Shown: one piece after another, positions 19,048-27,961 of the stretch
Position numbering within the stretch: position 1 is the stretch's first letter
Layout: each line of letters starts with the position of its first letter
From: Bacteroidota bacterium
GTDB lineage: Bacteria; Bacteroidota; Bacteroidia; Chitinophagales; Saprospiraceae
Reading direction: 5' to 3'
Assembly: GCA_038523965.1 (NCBI GenBank)
Contig: JBCBIX010000001.1
Span: 2,896-66,895, forward strand
DNA: 64,000 nucleotides
Notes under the pieces: generated by a model
The model's database searches: none
What the model saw: only the letters and a program-made list of their open reading frames with translations
What the model was told of the DNA's origin: nothing
Program-made: the position numbers and the translations under genes

Positions 19048-19863
19048 GTGAACTTTGCTATCATGAAAGAACGGTCATACCATTGGATGCAGCGAGCTTA
19101 TCTCCTGCTGAAGTGGATGAAGGACGCAAAGTCTATAGATACCATAGATAGCCCCTATCTCGTCGATTGGGTTAAGCACGTGATCCTTCGGTCCGGCACT
19201 CCAGATCCAAAGAGTGCCGAGATTGAAACCCTGCGACGACAGCTGTTAAAAATAGATATCCTAACAAATGAGAATCCACCTCGAACAATCGCCCAGGTTG
19301 CTCGCCATGCTGTAAGTAGTCGTAGAAAATGTATGTTCCTCAATAGATTGATCATGTGGAAAGATCCTGACAGCATTCTGGAACTTGGTACTTGCTTGGG
19401 AATTTCCACTTACTATCTCGCCAAAAACACATCAGCCAGACTCACCACAATAGAAAGGAATCAACAATTTCATGACATCGCCAAAACAAAGGCGCCATCA
19501 TGGTTAAGTGGAATAAATTTTATCCTGGGAGACTTCTTAGAAGTTCTGCCCGACCTGATTACGGCATCTGATCGATTCGACGTCATCTACATCGATGGTG
19601 CACACAACTCTATGATTCAAAGGGAGCTTTGGCCACATTATCTTCAATTACTGGCACCTGGAGGTATGTTAGTCATAGACGACATCCATTGGTCAAAGGC
19701 AATGGCCGAATGGTGGGGCGAGATTAGAACCGATAGCCGATTTAACCTGTCAATAGATTTGTTTCAGCTGGGGATACTACTGTCTGACGCACCCACAAAA
19801 GAAAAAATTGAGCTAAAGATGCTTCCCCTACCCCTTCGATGGCAGTTGGGGCTCTGGAGATAA
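19048..19863 (+). CDS. class I SAM-dependent (O-)methyltransferase
   Basis: SAM motif I ILELGTCLGISTYYLA and the later FDVIYIDGAH ... GGMLVIDDI, typical of the O-methyltransferase family 3 / Methyltransf_24 architecture. GTG start; an ATG lies at 19063. Confidence 0.75.
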   Translation: MNFAIMKERSYHWMQRAYLLLKWMKDAKSIDTIDSPYLVDWVKHVILRSGTPDPKSAEIETLRRQLLKIDILTNENPPRTIAQVARHAVSSRRKCMFLNRLIMWKDPDSILELGTCLGISTYYLAKNTSARLTTIERNQQFHDIAKTKAPSWLSGINFILGDFLEVLPDLITASDRFDVIYIDGAHNSMIQRELWPHYLQLLAPGGMLVIDDIHWSKAMAEWWGEIRTDSRFNLSIDLFQLGILLSDAPTKEKIELKMLPLPLRWQLGLWR

Positions 19864-20229
19864 GGATGTTATCTGACCACCTTGAGATACAAGTCGCTCA
19901 ATGGTCATACTGAGACTGTCAATCGATGCGCGTTGTTGTGCCAGCAAGGATCCGAAGGAATGAATCTGTCCTTTCTGACGGTCCTCCTCGACCTCACTTT
20001 TGAGAATTCGGCCATATCCAGTGAATAAGTACTCGCTATTCAATTGATACTCTTGGATACACGACCGCAGGATGGCGATGGTAACATCCCGTCGACCTTT
20101 GAGAATTTCGTTTAAACTCTGCGGGTAAGTATCGATAGAGAGGGCAAATTGACGGGCAGACCTAACGATCCCTTTGTCCTTGAGATGGTTAAAACACGTG
20201 ACGAACCGTACCGATACCGGATCTTGCAT
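19828..20229 (-). CDS. HTH DNA-binding protein (phage CI-repressor-like N-terminal domain) with coiled-coil tail
   Basis: RSARQFALSIDTYPQSLNEILKGRRDVTIAIL looks like an HTH. The 3' end overlaps the convergent methyltransferase gene by 36 nt. Confidence 0.5.
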   Translation of the reverse strand: MQDPVSVRFVTCFNHLKDKGIVRSARQFALSIDTYPQSLNEILKGRRDVTIAILRSCIQEYQLNSEYLFTGYGRILKSEVEEDRQKGQIHSFGSLLAQQRASIDSLSMTIERLVSQGGQITSLSPEPQLPSKG

Positions 20230-20350
20230 AGCCTGTTTCTCTCAGCGCTAACATATAACATATTCTTAAAATATGATAGGATCGTAATGTATTCTATGCT
20301 GATAATGAGCTATTTATACATAAAGAAAAAACAGAACCTATCAATTACCC

Positions 20351-20701
20351 TTACTTCTTGGGTTTGAGGATTCCCGTTTCTTCTCCAAAGTATTGGGCGA
20401 ATCTGGCGATATCGTTGGCCATATTGGCCTTTTTAGTAGCTCTGTGATAACTATCTGCTAATCCCTTGAGTGTGTAGTACATCATTCGGTCCATTTCCCC
20501 TACTTCGAACTTTTCTGTCCACAGATCGATCTTAAGAGTCTCGAGCTGATCTTTGTCAAATAGAGAAAGGAAAAAGGCCTTCGCCGGTGCTTCTTTGCCA
20601 TCAGAAGGAGGATCATCGCTTTTCCACGTGATATCTGTTGGCACATTCGACTCGTTAAGTTCGATGTCCAAATTGACGGTGACTTTGCGGGCATTGCTCA
20701 T
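20351..20701 (-). CDS. gldC: gliding motility protein GldC
   Basis: VNLDIELNESNVPTDITWKSDD ... LETLKIDLWTEKFEVGEMDRMMYYTLKGLADSYHRAT matches the GldC pattern I recall from Flavobacterium johnsoniae. Length is about 115 aa. Confidence 0.8.
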   Translation of the reverse strand: MSNARKVTVNLDIELNESNVPTDITWKSDDPPSDGKEAPAKAFFLSLFDKDQLETLKIDLWTEKFEVGEMDRMMYYTLKGLADSYHRATKKANMANDIARFAQYFGEETGILKPKK

Positions 20702-21501
20702 AGTAATCCTATTTCTTGATGGGAAATGGCTCTCAGGCTGGCACCTCGACGCTTGAGTATAGCTAACACACCATTGGCTCCGGCGAGATGACCGGCGCCA
20801 AAACTAAACAATGATGGATTCTCATGATGCCAGCTCCAAATACGATCTGCCATCCTGAGATTGCGATCTGAAAGTAGAACGCGAGACTCCGCTCGAATCG
20901 AATCTCTACTCATTTTATACAGTCCATAGATATCCATATGCCGATAGGCTTTGGAGAGACGCCGCAGTTTGCGAACCTGTCCACTCACATGGAGAGACAG
21001 TCTACACAACTCACGGTATTGACGCCTGAGTGATAGTTGGCGAAGTACTTCGACTTGTTCTTCTGGTGTTTCGATACCCACCACGGTCTTTGAACTACGC
21101 CCAGCCGTGTCCCAGATCATTTGATCTAAGGCAAGACCATCATCATCCAATATCTTTTTTTGGATCATTGAGATCACAAACAGAGGGTGGACCCTCTCAT
21201 ACAAGGAGATATCTATCTGATAGTATCTTATAAAGGTATCTCGCATGCGCCGCCACCGATTAGTTGTCAGATAGTGCTGATAACTAACCCCATCAGGTAA
21301 CATCATGTGATTTTGGAGAAATGCCTGAGCATCCCCTGAAAGTGATGACTCCGTGTAGATAAAATGGTAATGACCTATGAGTGTCTCGATATAAGGCCAA
21401 TGCGCAAGTGCGTCGTGACCTGACAAATGCATCGTACCAACTATGGTCGAGGCTGTGGGGCTATCTATGGTGGACAGCTGCCAGAAGATGGAATTAGTCA
21501 A
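20698..21501 (-). CDS. TraB/GumN family protein
   Basis: N-terminal IVGTMHL motif and C-terminal FSFGAGHLAGANGVLAILKRRG are typical of TraB/GumN. It overlaps the gldC start by 4 nt. Confidence 0.7.
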   Translation of the reverse strand: MTNSIFWQLSTIDSPTASTIVGTMHLSGHDALAHWPYIETLIGHYHFIYTESSLSGDAQAFLQNHMMLPDGVSYQHYLTTNRWRRMRDTFIRYYQIDISLYERVHPLFVISMIQKKILDDDGLALDQMIWDTAGRSSKTVVGIETPEEQVEVLRQLSLRRQYRELCRLSLHVSGQVRKLRRLSKAYRHMDIYGLYKMSRDSIRAESRVLLSDRNLRMADRIWSWHHENPSLFSFGAGHLAGANGVLAILKRRGASLRAISHQEIGLL

Positions 21502-21503
21502 CC

Positions 21504-21980
21504 CTACTCGTAAGGGTACGGAAGGACTTTAGATTTCTTCACCTTAGATAGCGTCATCAGTGTACGCAGTCTCTCCACTTCTTCTATCTGTGATAATTTC
21601 TTGAACAATAATTGCTCATATGCAGGTATATCCGCGCAGACCACACGAAGCAAAAAATCTCCATCTCCAGTTATGATGTAAACTTCAGTAACCTCATCTA
21701 CTTTTTGGATCTTTTGGATGAAACTGTCCAGAGCATTTTCCTTCTGCCACGCCAATGATACCAGCACAAACGTGCTGACATTCAGTCCAAGCTTGCTCGC
21801 GTCTACCTTGGCATGATAGCTCTGGATGACCCCTGAGTGTTCTAACTTCTTAACTCGCTCCAGAGTAGGTGCCGGCGAGAGGCCTATGCGCTTGGATAGA
21901 TCGAGGTTGGTAATCTTGCTATTCTCCTGGAGAAGTCTGAGAATCTTGAGATCTATATTGTCCAGCTTTGTGTCTGACAT
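21504..21980 (-). CDS. Lrp/AsnC family transcriptional regulator
   Basis: LDNIDLKILRLLQENSKITNLDLSKRIGLSPAPTLERVKKLE HTH plus an RAM/AsnC_trans_reg C-terminal domain. Confidence 0.9.
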   Translation of the reverse strand: MSDTKLDNIDLKILRLLQENSKITNLDLSKRIGLSPAPTLERVKKLEHSGVIQSYHAKVDASKLGLNVSTFVLVSLAWQKENALDSFIQKIQKVDEVTEVYIITGDGDFLLRVVCADIPAYEQLLFKKLSQIEEVERLRTLMTLSKVKKSKVLPYPYE

Positions 21981-22135
21981 GATTGTGACTTTAAAATATT
22001 ATTTGTGGCCAGCGAAATATGGCGAACTCATTATCTCACAAATCGCCAATTAGCCATTGTAAATTTGTCCTGCAAAATAATATTTCGTAAAGAAACATAA
22101 TAGTACCGAAAGACTAACGCACTCAACTTCAGACA

Positions 22136-22522
22136 TTAAAAATCAGCCAATAGGTCTTCATCCCTCACGACCATGAGGAGGGCTCGATGGGAAGCGATGA
22201 CATAATCTTCGCCATTAAACTGGATCTCATAGACACTGTTCTGCTGATAGACAGCCAGATCCCCTTCCCTTGGTTGGAGTGGGACATACTTGACATTATC
22301 GCGTTCGTCCTTCCAGGGTTGGTCGTCATCCTGGAGCATCGGGATTGGAAAACCAGGGCCGACTCTTATCACATAGCCAGTGCGAAGTTCTTCGGATTTA
22401 TGCATGCCCTGAGGCAGGAGCAGGCCGCTCTCTGTTCGTTGTGATGGCTTAGTAGGGCGAAGTAACACACGATCACCAATGAGAATGATCTTATTCAAGT
22501 CGTTTTCACGAAGCTGGAGCAT
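22136..22522 (-). CDS. GroES/Cpn10-family protein (stand-alone, no groEL adjacent)
   Basis: I prefer the Met at 22522. IGDRVLLRPTKPSQRTESGLLLP is a Cpn10 mobile-loop-like motif, and GDLAVY is present. Confidence 0.6.
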   Translation of the reverse strand: MLQLRENDLNKIILIGDRVLLRPTKPSQRTESGLLLPQGMHKSEELRTGYVIRVGPGFPIPMLQDDDQPWKDERDNVKYVPLQPREGDLAVYQQNSVYEIQFNGEDYVIASHRALLMVVRDEDLLADF

Positions 22523-22615
22523 AGTACTTCTTTGGAGAATAGATAAGTTTCGACATTCGAATTCCAAACGAGTGCAAGAAGTTGCTTTTTTGCTTCTAAT
22601 CCTCTTATTGCCAGA

Positions 22616-23428
22616 GTGAGTTTTTTTATGATCATCGACTATCCAGGCCTCAAGTATAGAGTCAGAACCCTTCTCTGGATAGGACTACTGTGCACAGTAG
22701 CTTGTGGGACTGATACTTCTACCAAGTTGACTATAGCTGCGGCCTCAAGCATGGGTGATGCGATATCTACTCTCGCAGACCAATATGGAGAGATAGCTGA
22801 CATAGACATCCAAGTCGTCCTCGGGTCCTCCGGAGCCTTGGCTGCGCAGGTGATTCAGGGTGCACCGTACGATGTTTTTCTCTCTGCCGACAGCACTCAT
22901 GCGGCTCGTGTGTGCTCTCATCTCAAGGATGTAAATGGGCCCATGACCTTCGCTTTAGGTTCATTGATCTTAGTGCATGACGAACAACTTGGAGCAGATC
23001 TTACCGAACTGCTGACGAGTTCCAATAATGGTCTGATCTCAGTCGCAAATCCTGTGGTGGCTCCGTTTGGAGAGGCATCAATAGTTCTCTTCCAGAGTCT
23101 GGGTATAACTGATAACATACAGCCCCGTCTCGTCTACGGGCAAAACGCCCTACAGGCTCTACAATTCTTGGTATCGGGTAGTTGTGCTATGGCCATCACA
23201 TCTCGGGGATTAACACATCGTCTGGATACAACGAAATATAAAATCCTATCGATCGACAGTTCGCTCTATGATCCGATCACACACGTCGCCCTTCCGATCA
23301 AAAAGAAGTCGGACGCAATCGCATTTGTGAATTATTTGCAATCCGATCAGGCTACTATGGTGCTGGAGCAATACGGATATCAAACTAAAGGGATTCAACC
23401 TGTGAGATCAAAAACCAATAGTCAGTGA
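22616..23428 (+). CDS. modA: molybdate ABC transporter substrate-binding protein
   Basis: LTIAAASSMGDAISTL ... VVLGSSGALAAQVIQGAPYDVFLSAD is a ModA-type periplasmic binding motif. The gene heads a three-gene ABC operon. Confidence 0.8.
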   Translation: MSFFMIIDYPGLKYRVRTLLWIGLLCTVACGTDTSTKLTIAAASSMGDAISTLADQYGEIADIDIQVVLGSSGALAAQVIQGAPYDVFLSADSTHAARVCSHLKDVNGPMTFALGSLILVHDEQLGADLTELLTSSNNGLISVANPVVAPFGEASIVLFQSLGITDNIQPRLVYGQNALQALQFLVSGSCAMAITSRGLTHRLDTTKYKILSIDSSLYDPITHVALPIKKKSDAIAFVNYLQSDQATMVLEQYGYQTKGIQPVRSKTNSQ

Positions 23429-24093
23429 TGGTCGACTGGTCTCCGATATGGCTGACACTTCAACTGGCCTTTGTTACAACTCTATGCCTTTTTGTCTTTG
23501 GACTTCCCATCTGTTACTGGATCACGATGACTAAAAGTCGCATCAGACCTTTCGTAGAAGCACTTGTGACGTTACCGCTTGTACTGCCACCGACGGTGCT
23601 TGGTTTTTATCTTTTGATCTGTCTGAGCCCAAACAGCGTGGTTGGGACTTGGCTGGAATCGACACTTGGACTACGGCTGGTTTTTACATTCCCGGGACTT
23701 GTGATTGGTTCTATGATCTACAGCTTACCATTTATGATTCACCCGATACGCTCGGGCATACTGGACCTTCCTCGGTCGTATGAGGAAGCCGCTCGTGTGC
23801 TGGGCAAGTCCAGAAGTACCATATTCCTGAGAGTTTTGATGCCTAATATCAGACCACAAATCATCACGGCACTGGTCCTAACCTTCGCACATACAATCGG
23901 CGAATTTGGTGTAGTACTGATGATCGGTGGGAATATCCCGGATCGAACACGAGTTGCATCGATAGCCATATTTGATGCTGTTGAAATGATGGATTACAGA
24001 CAGGCCCATGTCTATGCGCTCATCCTCTTCTTGTTGGCAATGACCTCCCTCGTCTGGACCTACAGTCGACCCTCTAAGTCTGTTCCACTGTAG
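23425..24093 (+). CDS. modB: molybdate ABC transporter permease
   Basis: Multi-TM protein with the EAA loop (SYEEAARVLGKSRSTIFLRVLMPNIRP). Its start overlaps the modA stop. Confidence 0.85.
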   Translation: MMVDWSPIWLTLQLAFVTTLCLFVFGLPICYWITMTKSRIRPFVEALVTLPLVLPPTVLGFYLLICLSPNSVVGTWLESTLGLRLVFTFPGLVIGSMIYSLPFMIHPIRSGILDLPRSYEEAARVLGKSRSTIFLRVLMPNIRPQIITALVLTFAHTIGEFGVVLMIGGNIPDRTRVASIAIFDAVEMMDYRQAHVYALILFLLAMTSLVWTYSRPSKSVPL

Positions 24094-24798
24094 ATGATCC
24101 AGATCCAGATATCTAAAACACTGGGATCGAACAGACCCAGAAAGCGCAACCAGTATGTCTCTACGCTCAGGCTGGCATGCAAAATCCCCTCTGGTCAGAT
24201 CATCGGAATAACGGGTCCCTCAGGAAGTGGGAAAACCACATTACTACGAATCCTGTCTGGGCTAACTCAGCCAGATGAAGGGAAACTCATCGTAGATAAT
24301 AAGACATGGTATGACAGTGAATCCGGGGCGTACATCCCCACCGAAGACAGAGAACTCGGATTTGTATTCCAATCAGACGCACTCTTCCCCAACATGACCG
24401 TTAATGAAAATATTGACTTTGCAACCCCATCATCACACAGGAGAGATCGAAGAATTCTCTCACTGCTGACTTCATTGGAAATTCAAGATCTGGGAGATCG
24501 GCACATCGACACCCTCTCTGGAGGACAGCGGCAGCGAATCTCCATTGCCAGAGCCTTGGCGAGAAAACCCGAGGTCCTCCTACTTGATGAACCAACAACT
24601 GCTCTGGATAGAGCGCTCCGTGATCAGGTGATGCAAACTATCGTGTCAGATCAACTGCAAAATAGATACTCCATCTTCTGGGCCAGCCACGATGTCGATA
24701 CCCTTATTCGTCATTCTGATCACATCATTCAGATCACAAATGGAGTTGCTCAATATTACTCTGACCTTGACGACTTTCGAAAGCTCTACAAAAGTTGA
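24094..24798 (+). CDS. modC: ABC transporter ATP-binding protein (ModC-like, no C-terminal TOBE domain)
   Basis: Walker A GPSGSGKTT, signature LSGGQRQRISIARAL, Walker B LLLDEP. At 234 aa it is too short to include a molybdate-sensing TOBE domain. Confidence 0.75.
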   Translation: MIQIQISKTLGSNRPRKRNQYVSTLRLACKIPSGQIIGITGPSGSGKTTLLRILSGLTQPDEGKLIVDNKTWYDSESGAYIPTEDRELGFVFQSDALFPNMTVNENIDFATPSSHRRDRRILSLLTSLEIQDLGDRHIDTLSGGQRQRISIARALARKPEVLLLDEPTTALDRALRDQVMQTIVSDQLQNRYSIFWASHDVDTLIRHSDHIIQITNGVAQYYSDLDDFRKLYKS

Positions 24799-24898
24799 AT
24801 AGGAACTCAACCTTCCTCAGGACACGAGCCTATGTACAAGCCATCTACTTCAACGTGTAGTAGATAAAAAGAAATCTCCTCATCCGAACTAAATGAAA

Positions 24899-25738
24899 CT
24901 ACTCTTGGGCAAGAGAGATCAAAGCAGATTCTAATTTGGAGATTCGAGAGATCAGGAGTTGATTTTCTTGATGCAATTCTTGAATTGCTTTTGTCAACAC
25001 AGGAATGAGAGAGACGTGATCCACAGCGAGATAACGCTTATTGGAAAAATCCTTGTTATACTGATCTGTTGACTCACCGGTCTTTCTTGGGATGGCCGAT
25101 TGATGTACCAAGTTAGGGAAGACCTCTTTTACATCTTGAGCTACGAATCCTACTTGTTCTCTTTTTGAAAGGAAGTCATACTGATTTGATTTATACTCAT
25201 ACGATACGACTCCCAACTTTAAGACCTGATTCAGCACTGGACCTATGTTAGAAATGTTCTTCTTGAACTTTCTATCAGATGGTGACAATAAAGCACCTGT
25301 ATACTCCACGTCTCCATTAAACCTACCTGCTTGTAATATCCCACTTCCATTGGCGCCGACTCCGGCATCCGCAGTAACATCTCCGAATATGGCAACTCTA
25401 AATGCTGATGTACTGCCTCCAAATACCTGCCCAAAGACACAAGCACCTTGCGATGCGCCATAAACACCCACAACACTGCTTGTACCGTATACACCAAACT
25501 GTTCTGTGCTACCTCCAAAAGCCTCACCAAGCACTCCGTAGTTCCATCCTTGGCCCGCCCCTTCAGATCGAGCACGAACTCCAATTTGATCAAGATTTCC
25601 GTTCGTCATTCCTTGTTTAATCGCAGTGAAGGCGGCTGTGTGAGATGTATTATTTCCAATGATCTCGGCTTGTGTCTGACCAGGCATTCTCATTACCGAC
25701 GATACGATGATTAGGACTGTAATCAATACCTTATTCAT
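24899..25738 (-). CDS. tail-fibre-like secreted protein with Peptidase S74 intramolecular chaperone domain
   Basis: I prefer the Met at 25738 (signal peptide MNKVLITVLIIVSSVM). The centre is Gly-rich with repeats (GVYGTSSVVGVYGASQG). The C-terminus (SDRKFKKNI ... VGFVAQDVKEVFPNLV ... LAVDHVSLIPVLTKAIQEL plus coiled coil) is typical of the S74 autoprocessing chaperone domain. Confidence 0.75.
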   Translation of the reverse strand: MNKVLITVLIIVSSVMRMPGQTQAEIIGNNTSHTAAFTAIKQGMTNGNLDQIGVRARSEGAGQGWNYGVLGEAFGGSTEQFGVYGTSSVVGVYGASQGACVFGQVFGGSTSAFRVAIFGDVTADAGVGANGSGILQAGRFNGDVEYTGALLSPSDRKFKKNISNIGPVLNQVLKLGVVSYEYKSNQYDFLSKREQVGFVAQDVKEVFPNLVHQSAIPRKTGESTDQYNKDFSNKRYLAVDHVSLIPVLTKAIQELHQENQLLISRISKLESALISLAQE

Positions 25739-25745
25739 ATTATGA

Positions 25746-25958
25746 TTATTGTAAAATTCCTTCTTGAAAACCGACACGAACTAAGCCAGCTACGTTACTC
25801 ACTTGCCACTTTGTCATCATACTCTTTCGGTGAGAGATGACCGTATGATTGCTGATAAAAAGCATACTTGCTATCTCTCGAGAGGTATACTCATTAGCGA
25901 TCAATCTGAGCACCTGACGTTCTCGATCAGATATAGAAGGAAGTATCATCTGACTCAT
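25746..25958 (-). CDS. stand-alone LuxR-type HTH protein (70 aa)
   Basis: LSDRERQVLRLIANEYTSREIASMLFISNHTVISHRKSMMTKW is a GerE/LuxR HTH with no receiver or ligand domain. Its stop is 7 nt upstream of the tail-fibre-like gene start. Confidence 0.8.
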   Translation of the reverse strand: MSQMILPSISDRERQVLRLIANEYTSREIASMLFISNHTVISHRKSMMTKWQVSNVAGLVRVGFQEGILQ

Positions 25959-26019
25959 TGAATTGTAGTGTGGCTAATTATTATCCAAAATTGTCATCCA
26001 TATTTGATTCATGAAATAC

Positions 26020-26058
26020 ATAGATCTATAGATTTTTAGTACCACTATCTATATAGAT
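26020..26058. promoter_or_regulatory. candidate operator: two palindromes built from the half-site ATAGAT/ATCTAT
   Basis: ATAGATCTAT (26020-26029) is a perfect 10-bp palindrome. ATCTATATAGAT (26047-26058) is a perfect 12-bp palindrome. Both lie in the divergent LuxR-solo / histidine kinase intergenic region. Confidence 0.3.
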
Positions 26059-26116
26059 ATATATAGACGAAGAGAAGTGTTTACTTCGAACAAGCATCTA
26101 CACCCCTCTCTTTGTT

Positions 26117-27961
26117 ATGAAGCTCTCTACTAAAGCATTCCTATTTAGTCGGTGTCGCGTAATTACGATTCTGATCCTATGGGCACTGCCGTTGAGTCTG
26201 AACTGCCAAACTGATATCTCCCAACTCGAAAGACAACTTGAAGAGAAAAAAAGACTCCCCGATCCTATCGATCGCGATAGTCAAGTCATCTGGCAGTATA
26301 ACTACATCATCGAGACCCTCGCGCGAAGTCAGGACTCCCGCACAGAGCTCTTTTTGGATACCATGCAGCTTCTTATTACTGGTAGCGAATGGCAAAGCGC
26401 GAGTGGAATGTATCAGCGAGCACAGGGGCGATACCATGACTTTAGAGGCGAATTCAGTGAGGCATTAGAAAGCTACTCAGATGCAATAGATGCATTAAAA
26501 CCAGCAAGTGGAAAATTACAAGAATTAGCTTTCGCCTACGTGCTAAAAGCTTTTCTCTTGAGCAACTCGGAGCTATACGAAGAATGCAAGTCCACAATTC
26601 AAGAAGGACTACCCTATGCCAGAGCCGCTAATGGTAAAAATAGCCTCTGCCTAATGCTCGATTGGTATGGTGACTACTATTACTACGGGCTGGATGGAAA
26701 TCGCGATAATCAAAAAGCCCTGGACTATTACCTTCAAGTACAAGATCTGCTACCTGAGATATCCAATCCTAATATCATCGCTGATAATCATGCCGTACTG
26801 GCAGGACTTTATGATCGCTTAGGACAGTCTGATAAGGGAGCGTTTCATTTCAAAATCGCCGATAGCTTATGTCTGGCTTACAACTTGGTCTATCCACGTA
26901 TGGGACTCTACTTGGAACGTGGCAGAGTATTAGAAGAGGAAGGCGACTACCTTAAGGCGAATAGAATCTATAAGAAAGTTGAAGAGTTCCTATCAGAAAC
27001 AAACAACATAGAATTCAAGTCACGACTTCATGAAGTTCTATTCAACAACTACAAGAATCTCAATGACTACAAACAAGCTCTCATCTATCACGAACTCGTC
27101 ATGGAAGCGGACTCCAAGATGAATGATGGTGAAGTGCAACGCAAGTACGATGAATTACAATCTAAATACGAGGTCGCCATTCGTGAAAATCAAATTAATG
27201 CACTCACAGAAAGTAAGTCTAAGGTCACTCGTAACTTGATTTTAAGTCTATTCGTGCTAACCCTTATCGGTGGCCTACTCATCCTGCGCAAAAATAGTGC
27301 TCTGAAAAAGAGTTATCTGGCTTTACAAAAACAACAGATAAAGACCAAAGAGGCCCTCTACAAGGGAGAAAGTCAGGAACGAAGACGTCTGGCTGCAGAA
27401 CTGCATGATAATGTCAACACCAAACTGGCTGCGGCCAGATGGCGACTTGAATCTGTCCAAGATGGACTAAGCGGTAATCAAAAAGGAGTTGTGGACAGTA
27501 CAATAGAAATGCTCCAGGAGACATATGAAGACGTACGCCACATCTCCCATAATTTAGTGCCAGCTCTTCTCAAAGAAAAAGGCCTCCATGGATCGCTGCA
27601 GGAGCTGATTAGAAAACTAAATGACACCAAACAAGTCAACATCCGCCTTGATCATACTTCAAATCCTTCCGAGCCATATGTCACTGAATTGATTGCATAT
27701 CCGTTGTATAACATTGTCTCAGAGCTCATCACCAACGTAATCAAACATGCAAAAGCAACTACATGTGAGGTCCACCTGGTTGAAAATCCATCCGAATTAC
27801 TGATAGAAGTCATCGACGACGGGCATGGCTATGACCCTTCAATTAAGTCTACTGGATTTGGACTAAGGAGCATCGCCTCTCGTGTGGAGGCGTTGCGAGG
27901 ACGAATTCATGTTGAGAGTAATTCAACTGGAACCAAAACAAGTATTAGAATTCCTATTTGA
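26117..27961 (+). CDS. sensor histidine kinase with N-terminal TPR region (HisKA_3 / NarX-type)
   Basis: Signal/TM segment, TPR-like repeats and a TM helix (LILSLFVLTLIGGLLIL). The dimerisation/His box is ERRRLAAELHDNVNTKLAA, and the HATPase G-boxes are VIDDGHGYD and GFGLRSI. Confidence 0.85.
   Translation: MKLSTKAFLFSRCRVITILILWALPLSLNCQTDISQLERQLEEKKRLPDPIDRDSQVIWQYNYIIETLARSQDSRTELFLDTMQLLITGSEWQSASGMYQRAQGRYHDFRGEFSEALESYSDAIDALKPASGKLQELAFAYVLKAFLLSNSELYEECKSTIQEGLPYARAANGKNSLCLMLDWYGDYYYYGLDGNRDNQKALDYYLQVQDLLPEISNPNIIADNHAVLAGLYDRLGQSDKGAFHFKIADSLCLAYNLVYPRMGLYLERGRVLEEEGDYLKANRIYKKVEEFLSETNNIEFKSRLHEVLFNNYKNLNDYKQALIYHELVMEADSKMNDGEVQRKYDELQSKYEVAIRENQINALTESKSKVTRNLILSLFVLTLIGGLLILRKNSALKKSYLALQKQQIKTKEALYKGESQERRRLAAELHDNVNTKLAAARWRLESVQDGLSGNQKGVVDSTIEMLQETYEDVRHISHNLVPALLKEKGLHGSLQELIRKLNDTKQVNIRLDHTSNPSEPYVTELIAYPLYNIVSELITNVIKHAKATTCEVHLVENPSELLIEVIDDGHGYDPSIKSTGFGLRSIASRVEALRGRIHVESNSTGTKTSIRIPI

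Noticed and set aside
18968-20229. Possible mobile-element remnant next to tRNA-His (methyltransferase plus CI-repressor-like HTH).
   Set aside because: These genes lie on the 5' side of the minus-strand tRNA, not at its 3' end where integration normally occurs. No integrase, repeats or other element genes are visible.
22523-22615. Possible Moco riboswitch upstream of modA.
   Set aside because: The spacer is only about 90 nt and I see none of the extended conserved stems of the Moco RNA motif. A Rfam scan would settle it.
24094-24798. ModC lacking the C-terminal TOBE domain, considered as a possible truncation or pseudogene.
   Set aside because: The ORF has a complete ABC ATPase (Walker A, signature, Walker B, H-loop) and ends cleanly. 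Short ModC-like ATPases without TOBE domains are a normal variant, so this is not evidence of decay.
24899-25738. Possible prophage, inferred from the tail-fibre (S74) domain gene.
   Set aside because: No other phage structural, replication, lysis or integration genes lie within 10 kb on either side. The flanks are modABC and a two-component system.
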